From an uncultured Candidatus Binatia bacterium (GTDB lineage: Bacteria; Desulfobacterota; Binatia; Bin18), in contig OZ243961.1 of assembly GCA_965214605.1 (NCBI GenBank), positions 1,792,001 to 1,856,000 on the forward strand: DNA of 64,000 nucleotides, given 5' to 3'. Shown in pieces: positions 49,780-60,076 of this stretch. The notes beneath the pieces were generated by a model that was given only the letters and a program-made list of their open reading frames with translations, did not search any database and was not told where the DNA came from. Each line of letters opens with the position of its first letter. Position 1 is the first letter of the stretch. The position numbers and the translations under genes were made by a program.

Positions 49780-50610
49780 TCAGGCAATAACATACCCGCC
49801 GTTTGGACTCATGGTCTGACCGACCACAAAGTTCGACTCTTCAGAGGCCAGATAGATGGCCAAATTGGCAATATCCTGGGGTGAGCCAAACTGACCGGCG
49901 GGAGTCGCCATGGCAATGGCCCGTCGGACATTATCGTTCAGCCCGTCGGTCATGGGCGTATCAATATAGCCGGGTGCAATCGCGTTCACCTGTACCCCGC
50001 TGACAATCGCCTCACGGGCGAGCGCCCGGGTGAAGCCCAGAATGCCGGCCTTGGCTGCGCTGTAATGCGGCGCGCCCGCACAGCCCGTCATCCCGCAAAT
50101 TGAAGCAATGCTGATAATTTTGCCCGATTTCTGTTGGTGCATGATTTTGAGCGCCTCGCGACTACAATAAAACGTACCGTCAAGATGAACGCTCAACATC
50201 CGGCGCCATTCTTCGTCGGTCATATTTTGAGTGGCTTCAAGCGCGGTCTTGATTTTGCCCGTCTTTGCCAGCTCGGCCTGCTGCTTGGCCAAGACCTTGT
50301 TAAAATGGGCCCGAGCGGTTGGGTCATCCAGGCCAATTCCAGCATTATTGACCAGAATATCAAGCCGCGAAAAGTGCTTGGCCAGTTTGGCAAACATTTG
50401 GGCCACTTGGCGGCTTTTGGAGACGTCTGCCTTGAGCGCCAAGCCGTGACCCTGCTGGCCGCACTCAGCGATGACCTGTCGGGCGTTTTCAACCCGGAGG
50501 TCATTACACACCACGCTTGCCCCTTCTCGGGCAAAACTGAGACAAATCGCCCGGCCAATACCCGACGCCCCACCGGTAACCAGCGCCACTTTTCCGTCCA
50601 AACGTTTCAT
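49780..50610 (-). CDS. SDR family oxidoreductase (FabG-like)
   Basis: TGGASGIG, NNAG, YSAAK, NAIAPG. Confidence 0.93.
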   Translation of the reverse strand: MKRLDGKVALVTGGASGIGRAICLSFAREGASVVCNDLRVENARQVIAECGQQGHGLALKADVSKSRQVAQMFAKLAKHFSRLDILVNNAGIGLDDPTARAHFNKVLAKQQAELAKTGKIKTALEATQNMTDEEWRRMLSVHLDGTFYCSREALKIMHQQKSGKIISIASICGMTGCAGAPHYSAAKAGILGFTRALAREAIVSGVQVNAIAPGYIDTPMTDGLNDNVRRAIAMATPAGQFGSPQDIANLAIYLASEESNFVVGQTMSPNGGYVIA

Positions 50611-50622
50611 AGTTGCTCCTTA

Positions 50623-51765
50623 TCACGACTCCATCCAAAACGGCCCTGGATAGAGGGGCTGCGCTTCGGCCACCTGCGGCGGCCAGACGATTTCTTTGCG
50701 CCCGTGCTGCCATTGGATGACAAGCATCGGATGGGCGACCTGACGACCAGTTTTTCCATCAATGGCATACGGACCGTACAGAGTGGTACAGCGCAGCCGG
50801 CTGGCCGCTTCTCGCAGGGCGTGCTGATTGAGACTCCTCGCCTGTTCCACACAGCGCTGAGCGATGAGCCCGGCGGTATAGCCCTGGACCGCCGGATAAT
50901 CGACCGGCACCGTAGCGCTCTTGAGGTAATGGAACAGAAAAGTTTCTTCCGACGGTCCACAATCCGCGCTATAGCGGACCTGCGGCTCCCACTGGCTCGG
51001 CGCAAAAAAGCCGTTGGCCCCATCTTGTAGCTCAGCCTTAAAGCGGCTGATGGCGGCCACGACGAGGCCGGCAGCCTTGATCCGGGGTTTCAGCCCAGAC
51101 AACTGACGACCAAGGAGAATATCATCCTCTACCCGTCCCACGCTCAGCACCACATCCGGAGGATCAGCGTCAAGTGGTCCCAGCAGGGGACGAAAGTCTC
51201 GAATTCCAGACCGGTAGGTCTGGTCCAGGGTCAGCGTATAGGATTCGCGCTCTATCCAGCGCAACACGCCAGCGGCCATGTCTGTCGCAAATCCGGTCCG
51301 AGCACGAAACAGGGCAATCCGTCGGGCGGTCGGATCAAGAGCCTTGAGCAGCTCCAGAATGGCACACAGGTAGAGCGAAGCGGGTGTCAAGATACCAACT
51401 AACCAGGAGAGATTGCACTCAAAGATTTCGTCCGAGGAACCGCTGTGATTCCACACGACGGTCTGCCGCGCCTCAGCAACTTCCGCCGCGGCCAGGGTGA
51501 GTCCACTGCCATAGGGGCCGACTAGAAGGTTAACGTGATCCTGATCTATCAGCTTTTCAATGCAGGTCCGCACCTTTGCCTCATCGCTTTCATCGTCCTC
51601 GACCACCAAGGTGATGGGGAGCGGCGGTCCTTCGGGGCTGGCACGCACCCCGCCGGCCGCGTTCGCATCTCGGACATAGCATTCTAAGCCCTCCAGTACC
51701 TGGCGACCGAGCAGGCCGTAGCGTCCACTGAGCGAGACGGCAATTCCCATTGTGATATGTGGCAT
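50623..51765 (-). CDS. Branched-chain amino-acid ABC-type binding protein (LivK-like)
   Basis: 'SLSG', 'DDES', 'GPYGS', 'QWQ.G...VWP'; no obvious signal peptide. Confidence 0.85.
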   Translation of the reverse strand: MPHITMGIAVSLSGRYGLLGRQVLEGLECYVRDANAAGGVRASPEGPPLPITLVVEDDESDEAKVRTCIEKLIDQDHVNLLVGPYGSGLTLAAAEVAEARQTVVWNHSGSSDEIFECNLSWLVGILTPASLYLCAILELLKALDPTARRIALFRARTGFATDMAAGVLRWIERESYTLTLDQTYRSGIRDFRPLLGPLDADPPDVVLSVGRVEDDILLGRQLSGLKPRIKAAGLVVAAISRFKAELQDGANGFFAPSQWEPQVRYSADCGPSEETFLFHYLKSATVPVDYPAVQGYTAGLIAQRCVEQARSLNQHALREAASRLRCTTLYGPYAIDGKTGRQVAHPMLVIQWQHGRKEIVWPPQVAEAQPLYPGPFWMES

Positions 51766-51776
51766 GTGGCTTCCTC

Positions 51777-52841
51777 TCAGTACTTGGCAATCACCTGGCG
51801 ACTGAACTCCTCAATCATCCGCCGACCGTCGTTCACGACCTGAATCGCAATCTGCTTCAGCCCAACGGCCTCTAAGGCTTTTAGGCGAGCGATGATTTCT
51901 TCCCCGGTTCCAGTCAGCGAAAAGCCGCGGATGAGCGTCTCGTCCAGATATTTTTCCTCGCCCGGTTTCATATAGATCAAATGGCCCTCGTGGATCTCTA
52001 GATACAGCCGGTCGACCGGTGTGCTCAGACCGGCGACGTATTCTTGATCGTAGCGCTCATACAGCTGTTGCAGAGCGGAGGGCAGATCGGCCGCCACCGC
52101 AGAGCGCTCCCAGAGGGCGTGGAGGGCGACAAGCACGAACGGTCCGACCCGCTCTACCACGCGGGGCGCGTCCGCAGATTCCCCAGGCTGCAAGACACAA
52201 CTCGTCGTCAACATCGTATTGGGCAGCGCACTGGCTTGACGCCCGACCTTCTCCGCTCCGACCTGGACCTGAGCCAGGTTTTTCTGAAAGCTGTCCGGGT
52301 CGCTCAGGGTCGTAATCCAGCCATCGGCCAGCTCTCCGGTCAGAGCGAGGGCTTTGGGCCCATTGGCGGCGAGGTAGATCGGAATGGGAGCGTTGAGATT
52401 GATGTAGCCGTGGTCGGGATGCAAGAATTTAATCCAGCGCTGCTGCTCGCCGTCGCGATACAAAACCTCTTCGCCCCGCAGCAAGGCCCGACACTGCTGC
52501 GTGTGTTCACGGAGCACCCCAAGCGAAAGAGGCGGCAAACCCATAGTATTGCGACCGGTAAAGCCGGTGCCGAGGCCGAGAATCACGCGACCCGGAGCGA
52601 GATGGTTAATCGTCGCAATCGAATGGGCGGTCACGGGTGCAATCCGGTTACCGGGAATCGCCACTCCGGTGCCCAAGGTGAGGGTCTTTGTCTTCTCGGC
52701 GGCCAGGGCCATACACACGTAGACATCGCTGTACAGCATCTGTGAGTCATAAAACCAGGCGTGAGAAAAGCCGTGATCTTCGGCAATCACCAGGTCTTTC
52801 CAGGCGTCTGGCCGGGCGGGATAGGCAATCGCAAATTCCAT
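51777..52841 (-). CDS. LLM-class flavin-dependent oxidoreductase, paralogue of 8784-9854
   Basis: 'GFSHAWFYDS', 'LGTGVAIP', 'PIYLAANGPK', 'EFSRQVIAKY'. Confidence 0.92.
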   Translation of the reverse strand: MEFAIAYPARPDAWKDLVIAEDHGFSHAWFYDSQMLYSDVYVCMALAAEKTKTLTLGTGVAIPGNRIAPVTAHSIATINHLAPGRVILGLGTGFTGRNTMGLPPLSLGVLREHTQQCRALLRGEEVLYRDGEQQRWIKFLHPDHGYINLNAPIPIYLAANGPKALALTGELADGWITTLSDPDSFQKNLAQVQVGAEKVGRQASALPNTMLTTSCVLQPGESADAPRVVERVGPFVLVALHALWERSAVAADLPSALQQLYERYDQEYVAGLSTPVDRLYLEIHEGHLIYMKPGEEKYLDETLIRGFSLTGTGEEIIARLKALEAVGLKQIAIQVVNDGRRMIEEFSRQVIAKY

Positions 52842-52867
52842 TTGGTCCTCCTTGAGGGGCGTTCAGC

Positions 52868-53476
52868 CTAGTCAAGATAGCCAAGCAACTCGGGGAGACG
52901 CTCAACGACGATATCGGCATCAACCGGCCAGTCCGGCTCACGTCCGTTGGTGAGTAAAACCGTCCGGGCTCCAGCCGCACGGCCGGCCTGGGTGTCATGC
53001 CGAAAGTCACCAACCATTACCAGCCGTCCCGGACCGATACCGAACCGTTGGGCGACAAGACGCAGGGCGGCCGGATCGGGCTTTGGCGGCGCGTCTTCCC
53101 GGGTGACTAAGAGGTCAACCCGAATGCCAAGCTGACGACACACCGCCCGCAGCGAGGTCCGACTGTTGCGGGTAATAATGGCCACCGGCAAAGACATGGC
53201 CTGCACCGTCCGTAAAGTGTGTTCCGCCCCATCATTCCACTCCACATGCTCCACCCCATCCTGCTCAAAGGCTTCGATTACGGCTTGGGCGCGTCCTCGC
53301 TCAGCCGGGGGCAGCCGACCTAGCCAGTCAAGAATGTCCTCGTCGGCAAGTCCCAGCCGGGTCCGCAGCTTAGCAAAGTCGAGATACGGCTTGGTCAGCG
53401 TGCTGTCGAGGTCAAAAGCTACAGCAGCCAAGGGATAGGGGTGATTCTGAATCCTGATGAAGTGATGAGCGTTCAT
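52868..53476 (-). CDS. HAD-family hydrolase
   Basis: 'FDLDSTL', 'ITRN', 'KPDP', 'VGD...D..AG'. Confidence 0.88.
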   Translation of the reverse strand: MNAHHFIRIQNHPYPLAAVAFDLDSTLTKPYLDFAKLRTRLGLADEDILDWLGRLPPAERGRAQAVIEAFEQDGVEHVEWNDGAEHTLRTVQAMSLPVAIITRNSRTSLRAVCRQLGIRVDLLVTREDAPPKPDPAALRLVAQRFGIGPGRLVMVGDFRHDTQAGRAAGARTVLLTNGREPDWPVDADIVVERLPELLGYLD

Positions 53477-53679
53477 GGCAAGGCCCGCAGGCAACGGACA
53501 GGCACGCTAGCCGCAGGGTACTGCTTCATCGCTGGAATGGCAACAAGGGGAATGCTGATGACCACGAAGGTGAGGAAGAGAGCATCGTTCACCTTGGAGG
53601 TCGGGCACGCTTGACGCTCGGGGCCGACTCGGTCAGGGTGGCGGTGGGAGAGGATGACCCACCGTTTGGGGAAGAACCT

Positions 53680-54888
53680 ATGACACGGAAGTTCGATGTC
53701 GGCATTGTTGGCGGGGGTATTATCGGTCTGGCCACCGGACTAGAGATCACCCGGCGCCTCCCCCAGGTGAAACTCGTCATTGTGGAGAAAGAAGAGCAGT
53801 TGGCCAGCCACCAGACCGGTCACAACAGCGGCGTGATTCACTCCGGCATCTACTACAAGCCCGGCTCTCTCAAAGCCCAGACCTGTGTCCGCGGATCCCG
53901 GGAGCTGATTGCCTTTTGTGAACGCCATGACGTTCCCTACGAACGCTGTGGCAAGGTAGTCGTCGCAACTTCGCCAGCCGAGCTGCCCCGCCTTGAGGAA
54001 CTCCATCGACGCGGAACGGCCAACGGGGTGCAGGGCTTGACAATGATTGGACCAGAACGCTTACGGGAGCTCGAACCACACGCTACTGGCATCAGGGCGC
54101 TCCACGTGCCGAGCACCGGTATTATTGATTTTCCTCGAGTGGCCCAGACCTATGCCCGACTCGTCCAGGACAGGGGAGGAGAAATCCTCCTCAAACACCG
54201 GGTTCAGGCGCTGCGCCACACCGAGGGCAAGCTAGTCCTGGAAACCACCGGCGGAGCTATTCAGACCACCTCTCTGATCAACTGTGGCGGGTTATTTTGT
54301 GACCGCTTGGCGCGCCTAGCCGGGGCTCAGCCCGCTTTACAAATCGTCCCTTTTCGGGGCGAATATTATACTCTGGCGGCCTCGCGTCATGGGCTGGTGA
54401 ACAATCTGATTTACCCGGTTCCCGATCCGGCTTTGCCGTTTCTTGGCGTGCATTTCACCCGGACGATTGACGGTATGGTTGAGGCGGGTCCAAACGCCGT
54501 CCTGGCCCTGGCCCGTGAGGGCTATCGCAAATCCGACTTCAACTGGAACGATACGCGGGAAACCTTGAGCTTCCCCGGTTTTTGGGCCATGGCCCGCAAG
54601 TATTGGCGGACCGGCTTAGGAGAGCTGTACCGCTCGTTCAACAAACGGGCGTTTCTCACCGCCCTGCAACGGCTCCTGCCAGACTTGAGCGAGTCCGACC
54701 TGCAGCCGGGCGGGAGCGGGGTACGGGCGCAGGCGATCGGTGCAAACGGTGCACTGCTCGACGACTTTGTGATCTCCCGAACCGGCAGTACGCTGCACGT
54801 TCTCAACGCCCCGTCACCCGGTGCGACCGCCTCGCTGGCAATTGGTCGGATGATTGTCGAGCAAGCCGTGCAGACGTTCGAGTTGTAG
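53680..54888 (+). CDS. lhgO: L-2-hydroxyglutarate oxidase
   Basis: GxGxxG, 'HQTGHNSGVIHSGIYY.PGSLKA', 'PFRGEYY', 'PFLGVH', 'NAPSP.AT'. Confidence 0.93.
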   Translation: MTRKFDVGIVGGGIIGLATGLEITRRLPQVKLVIVEKEEQLASHQTGHNSGVIHSGIYYKPGSLKAQTCVRGSRELIAFCERHDVPYERCGKVVVATSPAELPRLEELHRRGTANGVQGLTMIGPERLRELEPHATGIRALHVPSTGIIDFPRVAQTYARLVQDRGGEILLKHRVQALRHTEGKLVLETTGGAIQTTSLINCGGLFCDRLARLAGAQPALQIVPFRGEYYTLAASRHGLVNNLIYPVPDPALPFLGVHFTRTIDGMVEAGPNAVLALAREGYRKSDFNWNDTRETLSFPGFWAMARKYWRTGLGELYRSFNKRAFLTALQRLLPDLSESDLQPGGSGVRAQAIGANGALLDDFVISRTGSTLHVLNAPSPGATASLAIGRMIVEQAVQTFEL

Positions 54889-54943
54889 GGCCTGTCTCCC
54901 TCCTCAGGTGTTTCAGGAGAGAGAGGACGCCGCGCTCTGCGTA

Positions 54944-55453
54944 ATGGAAACAATGTTATACCAAGTCTTCATCGCTCTCGGTTCCAATCTTGGCGATCGG
55001 CAGTCATATTACCGGCGAGCTCTGGAGTGTATTGCCATCCTGCCAGGCACCGCCATCGTTCGCCGGTCTTCGCAATATGAAACCCAGCCGCTCGGTGCAG
55101 CGCTGACCTGGTATCTGAACGGGGTAATCGAAATCCGGACCGAGCTAGCGGCCGAGGCTTTGCTCGACCGGCTCCAAGCCATCGAACGCGCCTTAGGTCG
55201 GGTGCGTTCGGCCGTTCGCTGGACCTCCCGCACGCTGGATCTCGATATCCTGTTCTTTGGCACCGAGCTTATCGACACCCCTCATTTACACATCCCTCAC
55301 CCCGAACTGCACAAGCGGCGCTTCGTGCTCGAACCCTTATGTGAGATAGCCCCTCATTTCTATCATCCCCGTCTAGGACGCACAGTTGCCGAGTTGCTAG
55401 CCGAGCTAGACGATGAGAAACGCGTCATTAAGCTTCTCGCCCCCAGCCCATGA
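54944..55453 (+). CDS. folK: HPPK (6-hydroxymethyl-7,8-dihydropterin pyrophosphokinase)
   Basis: 'IALGSNLG', 'YET.P', 'RTLDLDIL', 'PHP....R.FVL.PL'. Confidence 0.95.
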   Translation: METMLYQVFIALGSNLGDRQSYYRRALECIAILPGTAIVRRSSQYETQPLGAALTWYLNGVIEIRTELAAEALLDRLQAIERALGRVRSAVRWTSRTLDLDILFFGTELIDTPHLHIPHPELHKRRFVLEPLCEIAPHFYHPRLGRTVAELLAELDDEKRVIKLLAPSP

Positions 55454-55477
55454 TACGCCTTCCGCCATTCCGGCAGT

Positions 55478-55945
55478 TCAGGCCGCCTCTTCCACTAAGG
55501 CGGCCTCTACCCGCCGCGCCCATTCCCGCAACTGCCCGGCCCCCTCTTGAAAGTCCGTCAGGTCGCCCTTCAGGACCCGCAGGCGCTCAGTCTCTTCGAC
55601 TAGGTCGGCATACACGACGAGCAAGTTCTCAAACTGTTGGAGCGAGCTCCGGCCAGCGTAGAACCTCTTGACAATCCGGACAAAATCTTGAGCGCGTTCC
55701 AGAGGATACACAAACTCGGTCATCATCCTCGGCGTAATGGATCTACCATCCTCCAAAAAGCTGCCCATCTTATCGGTCATGGCCAGCAAGAGTTCGATAT
55801 GCGTCCGCATTAGCTTGCTGTATTTAAGCCAGTAGCAGCCGCTGAGGCTGAGACACAGGACGAACACACAGGCCACGATCGCGGCGTTCTCGTACCGACA
55901 ATTGTGCCGGAGGTCTTGACGATCACAGAAAGCCAACCCTAACAT
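55478..55945 (-). CDS. Hypothetical lipoprotein
   Basis: Hydrophobic stretch ending in the lipobox LSGC; start uncertain. Confidence 0.55.
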   Translation of the reverse strand: MLGLAFCDRQDLRHNCRYENAAIVACVFVLCLSLSGCYWLKYSKLMRTHIELLLAMTDKMGSFLEDGRSITPRMMTEFVYPLERAQDFVRIVKRFYAGRSSLQQFENLLVVYADLVEETERLRVLKGDLTDFQEGAGQLREWARRVEAALVEEAA

Positions 55946-56024
55946 AGGAAGAAGACCAACAGAGTGAGTGTGACCGAGACGATCGAACAGCCCTAGAACC
56001 GGGTCAAAGAGTGGGTATTTGTTC

Positions 56025-57509
56025 ATGTTCCAGCTTCCTCCGGTGTACTTCGAACGTCTGCTCGAAAGCTTCCCTGATATCGTCATCGCGGTTAATCGCA
56101 GAGGCCAGATCATCTTCTACAACGATGGCGCAAGCAAGACCCTAGGCTATAGCTTCAAGGAGTTACGGGAGGAGCAGCGCCGAGGCCGTCGGGTGATGCT
56201 GTATCCCAACTTGACCGAAGCCCGGCGAGTCCTAGAGGCGTTGCGCAGTGAAGAGTTTGACGAGAAAGGCAAGGTCAAAAATTTTGAGACCACGCTCGTG
56301 GCCAAGAACGGGGAACACATTCCCGTCTCGTTCTCCGGCTCGCTCATCTACAACGAGCAGGGAGAAGAGATCGGCTCAATTGGTTTTCACCGTGATATGC
56401 GCGGGATCCACCTGCCCCCAGAATACTTCGAACGTCTGCTCGAAAGCTCGCTCGACATCGTCATTGCGGTCGACCGCAGGGGTCAGATCGTCTTCTACAA
56501 CGACGGCGCAGAGCAAACGCTCGGCTACACGTCGGCTGAAATTCACGGCAAACGGGTCTGGCCGACGATCTATCCCAGCCTCGAGGAAGCGCGCCGCGTC
56601 ATGGCAGCCATGCAGAGCGAAGAAAACGGCGAAAAGGGCAAGATCAAAAACTTTGAAACAACCTTGATGTGCAAAAACGGCGAGCACATTCCGGCCGCCA
56701 TCTCCGGCTCGCTCATCTATGACAGCGGGGGGTATGAGGTCGGCTCGGTCGGCTTTATCAAAGATCTGCGCGACATCCGCCGCCGCGACCAACTCGCCAC
56801 CTTGGGCGAACTGGCAGTCGGGCTGGCCCACCGGATCAACAACCCGCTGGAGATCGTTTTCAATAACCTCGACGTCCTCAACAAACATATGGCCCAGGTC
56901 TTTCCCGACGAAGAATACGTTGTCCAGGAAGAGCGGGTGGAGTCTATCCAGCGTGAGCTGTTGAAGATCCGGGCGATTATCGGCCGCATCGACGAGATGG
57001 CTCACGGGGCGCGCTACGATACCACTGAATACCTCCATGGTTCGCGGATGGCCGACCTAGGCCGTGACGAACAGATTATCGCCCCCCACCATAGTCACCA
57101 GAAAGCCCTCAGTCAGGAGTTGGCCGGTCTGACAATTCTGGTTGTCGATGACGATCTCGGCGTGTGCTACTCACTGCGCGATGTCTTACAGGAAGATGGC
57201 GCACAGGTCGAAGTCGCCACCGGCGGCTTGCCCGCGCTCAATATCTTGACCTACAAAACGGTCGATATCGTCATCAGCGACGTTGTCATGCCTGATCTAG
57301 ACGGCTATGACCTCTATATGGAAGTCCGGGAGCGCTTTCCGGACACCCCGGTTGTCCTTATGACGGCCTATTTCTTTGACAAAGATCATGTGATCAAGCG
57401 CAGCAAGCTCGAAGGTTTGCAGGAAGTGGTGTTCAAAAAACCGCTTGATCCAGAGAAACTCAAGGAGATCATCCTGCAACGCTGTCGTCCCAAACGCCCG
57501 ACCCAATAA
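56025..57509 (+). CDS. PAS-PAS-HisKA-receiver signalling protein without an ATPase domain
   Basis: Two near-identical PAS repeats; H-box 'LAHRINNPL'; REC 'VVDDD...SDVVMP..DG...MTAY...KP'. Confidence 0.85.
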   Translation: MFQLPPVYFERLLESFPDIVIAVNRRGQIIFYNDGASKTLGYSFKELREEQRRGRRVMLYPNLTEARRVLEALRSEEFDEKGKVKNFETTLVAKNGEHIPVSFSGSLIYNEQGEEIGSIGFHRDMRGIHLPPEYFERLLESSLDIVIAVDRRGQIVFYNDGAEQTLGYTSAEIHGKRVWPTIYPSLEEARRVMAAMQSEENGEKGKIKNFETTLMCKNGEHIPAAISGSLIYDSGGYEVGSVGFIKDLRDIRRRDQLATLGELAVGLAHRINNPLEIVFNNLDVLNKHMAQVFPDEEYVVQEERVESIQRELLKIRAIIGRIDEMAHGARYDTTEYLHGSRMADLGRDEQIIAPHHSHQKALSQELAGLTILVVDDDLGVCYSLRDVLQEDGAQVEVATGGLPALNILTYKTVDIVISDVVMPDLDGYDLYMEVRERFPDTPVVLMTAYFFDKDHVIKRSKLEGLQEVVFKKPLDPEKLKEIILQRCRPKRPTQ

Positions 57510-57574
57510 TAGACCCCACAGTCCTCTCCCAGCCTCTCGCCAGTCGCGTCGGCAGTTGCCTATGGTATCCTATC

Positions 57575-57603
57575 TTGACGCCCTGTAGGTCGATGGATAA
57601 AAC
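57575..57603 (+). promoter_or_regulatory. Putative sigma70 promoter of pckG
   Basis: TTGACG-17 bp-TAAAAC, about 60 bp upstream of the ATG. Confidence 0.5.
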
Positions 57604-57661
57604 GGCTTTTTCACAACTTTTGTCTGTATCTCCTAAGCTCTAACAAGAGAGGACAAGGTTC

Positions 57662-59407
57662 ATGCCAACACCTTTAGAACAGTGGGTCGAAGAAACCGCC
57701 GCCCAGACCAAACCCAAACGTATCCACTGGTGTGACGGCTCTGAGCAAGAAAACCAGAACCTCATCGAAGACATGCTCGACTCCGGCACGCTGATTGAGC
57801 TCAACCGCAAAAAGTACCCCAACTGCTACCTGCATCGCAGTGCTCCTAACGATGTGGCACGTACCGAACACCTCACCTTTGTCAACACCGCCAAGCAAGA
57901 AGAGGCCGGTCCGAATAACAACTGGATGCCGCCGGCTGAGGCCAAAGCAACAGCCGGCGCGCTGTTTGCCGGCGCGATGAGAGACCGCACCATGTATGTG
58001 GTGCCGTACATCATGGGGCCGCAAACCTCACCCTACAGCCAGCTGGGGGTGGAAATCACCGATAGCCCGTATGTAGCCGCCAGCATGCGAATTATGACCC
58101 GGATGGGCAAGGCTGCGCTGGACCGTCTCGGCTCCTCCGACACCTATGTCAAAGGCCTGCACTCTCTGGGCGACCTGAGCCCCGACCGTCGCTATATCAT
58201 GCACTTTCCGCAAGAGCGGGCGATCTGGTCGATCGGCTCCGGCTATGGTGGCAATGCGCTGCTCGGCAAAAAGTGTTTTGCCCTCCGTTTGGGCAGCTAT
58301 ATGGCGCGTGAAGAGGGCTGGTTGGCCGAGCATATGCTCATTATCGGCATTGAAGAGCCCAGCGGCCGTACGACCTATATTGCGGCGGCCTTTCCGAGCG
58401 CGTGTGGGAAAACCAATCTCGCCATGCTAGTTCCCTCGGCCAGTCAGCAGGGCTATAAAGTCTGGACGGTCGGTGACGATATCTCGTGGATGAATATTGG
58501 TCCTGACGGGCGCCTGTGGGCGATTAATCCAGAGGCCGGATTTTTTGGCGTTGCGCCGGGCACGAACTCCCACACCAACCCCAATATGATGGCGACCATC
58601 GACTCCAACTCCCTGTTTACGAACGTGGCTCTGACCCCGGACGGCTGCCCCTATTGGGAAGGCATGGACGGCCCTGCCCCGCTTGAAGCCCTCGACTGGC
58701 GGGGCAGGCTGTGGACCCCAGCCAGCGAGACCAAGGCAGCGCATCCGAACTCCCGCTTCACCACCCCAGCGCGTCAGTGTCCAGTGATGTCACCAGAGTG
58801 GGAAAATCCCCAGGGCGTGCCAATTTCAGCCATTTTATTCGGCGGCCGTCGGGCTGGCCTGATCCCTCTCGTTTTTCAGTCCCTGAACTGGCAGCATGGC
58901 GTCTTTCTGGGCTCGACCATGGCGTCCGAGACAACCGCCGCGGCCACCGGCAAAGTCGGCGTGTTCCGGCGTGATCCTATGGCCATGTTGCCTTTCTGCG
59001 GCTACAACATGGGCGATTACTTTGGACACTGGGTGGATATGGGAACGCGGATCGCCAACCCGCCCAAGATTTTTCGCGTCAACTGGTTTCGTATGTCCGA
59101 AAACCACGACTATCTGTGGCCCGGCTTTGGTGAAAACCTGCGGGCCTTACGCTGGGTGTTAAGCCGGGTCCACGGCGAAGTCAACGCGCGTGAAACCGAG
59201 ATTGGCTATCTCCCCTACCCCAAAGACATTGATACCAGCGGTCTGGACGTGACCCCAGAGACCATGGAAGAACTCCTGTCGGTGGACCGTGAGGGTTGGA
59301 AACACGCGACAGAGGGCCAGAAGGAGTTCTTTGCCCAGTTCGGAGATCATATGCCTCGGGCCATGTGGCAGGAACACGAATCGCTGAAACGTCGTCTTGG
59401 CGTGTAA
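57662..59407 (+). CDS. pckG: Phosphoenolpyruvate carboxykinase (GTP)
   Basis: 'GSGYGGNALLGKKC', 'AFPSACGKTNLAM', 'VGDDI', 'AHPNSRF', 'DPMAMLPFCGY'. Confidence 0.97.
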   Translation: MPTPLEQWVEETAAQTKPKRIHWCDGSEQENQNLIEDMLDSGTLIELNRKKYPNCYLHRSAPNDVARTEHLTFVNTAKQEEAGPNNNWMPPAEAKATAGALFAGAMRDRTMYVVPYIMGPQTSPYSQLGVEITDSPYVAASMRIMTRMGKAALDRLGSSDTYVKGLHSLGDLSPDRRYIMHFPQERAIWSIGSGYGGNALLGKKCFALRLGSYMAREEGWLAEHMLIIGIEEPSGRTTYIAAAFPSACGKTNLAMLVPSASQQGYKVWTVGDDISWMNIGPDGRLWAINPEAGFFGVAPGTNSHTNPNMMATIDSNSLFTNVALTPDGCPYWEGMDGPAPLEALDWRGRLWTPASETKAAHPNSRFTTPARQCPVMSPEWENPQGVPISAILFGGRRAGLIPLVFQSLNWQHGVFLGSTMASETTAAATGKVGVFRRDPMAMLPFCGYNMGDYFGHWVDMGTRIANPPKIFRVNWFRMSENHDYLWPGFGENLRALRWVLSRVHGEVNARETEIGYLPYPKDIDTSGLDVTPETMEELLSVDREGWKHATEGQKEFFAQFGDHMPRAMWQEHESLKRRLGV

Positions 59408-60030
59408 TGGCTATCCGCATTACCAAAGTCTACACCCGCGGCGGTGACACCGGTTTCACCAAACTGGTCGGAGGTCAGAAAGTTGCCAAAGACGCCGCTC
59501 GGGTCGAAGCGTACGGCACGCTCGATGAGTTGAATGCTGTCATTGGACTCGCCCGGGTCTTTAACGATGAACTCAAGGATCATCTCAAGGCGTCCAAGAC
59601 GCTGGACAAGATCTTTCGCCGGCTGCAAAATCAGCTCTTCGACTTGGGCAGTGAGCTGGCCACTCCGCCAGATTTTTCCTACCAGGACATGTTTCAGGTC
59701 GGTCAGCGAGAAGTCAGAGCCTTAGAGCGGACGATTGATCGGCTGCAGAAAGACTTGTCTCCGCTGAACTCTTTCGTGCTGCCCGGAGGCGGAAAAGTCG
59801 GCGGATTTTTGCACCAGGCGCGGACCGTGTGTCGGCGGGCGGAACGCGACATTGTGCGGCTGTCGCGGGAAGAAGCCCTCAGTCCCTGGCCCCTCAAATA
59901 TGTCAATCGCCTGAGTGATTTGCTGTTCGTGCTGTCGCGCTGGGTGAGCACCCATCTGGGCGAGCCGGAATATTTATGGGAGCGTGGCCTGCGCGGGCAT
60001 GAGAGAGCCAAGAGAGTGAAGAAGGGCTGA
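59407..60030 (+). CDS. ATP:cob(I)alamin adenosyltransferase, PduO type
   Basis: 'KVYTRGGD.G.T', 'AYGTLDELN', 'FVLPGG', 'RTVCRRAER', 'NRLSD'; TAATG-coupled to pckG. Confidence 0.93.
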   Translation: MAIRITKVYTRGGDTGFTKLVGGQKVAKDAARVEAYGTLDELNAVIGLARVFNDELKDHLKASKTLDKIFRRLQNQLFDLGSELATPPDFSYQDMFQVGQREVRALERTIDRLQKDLSPLNSFVLPGGGKVGGFLHQARTVCRRAERDIVRLSREEALSPWPLKYVNRLSDLLFVLSRWVSTHLGEPEYLWERGLRGHERAKRVKKG

Positions 60031-60076
60031 CCACGGCAAACGTGACGCGACCCACGCCCAGGGGAAAGGCGGAGCA

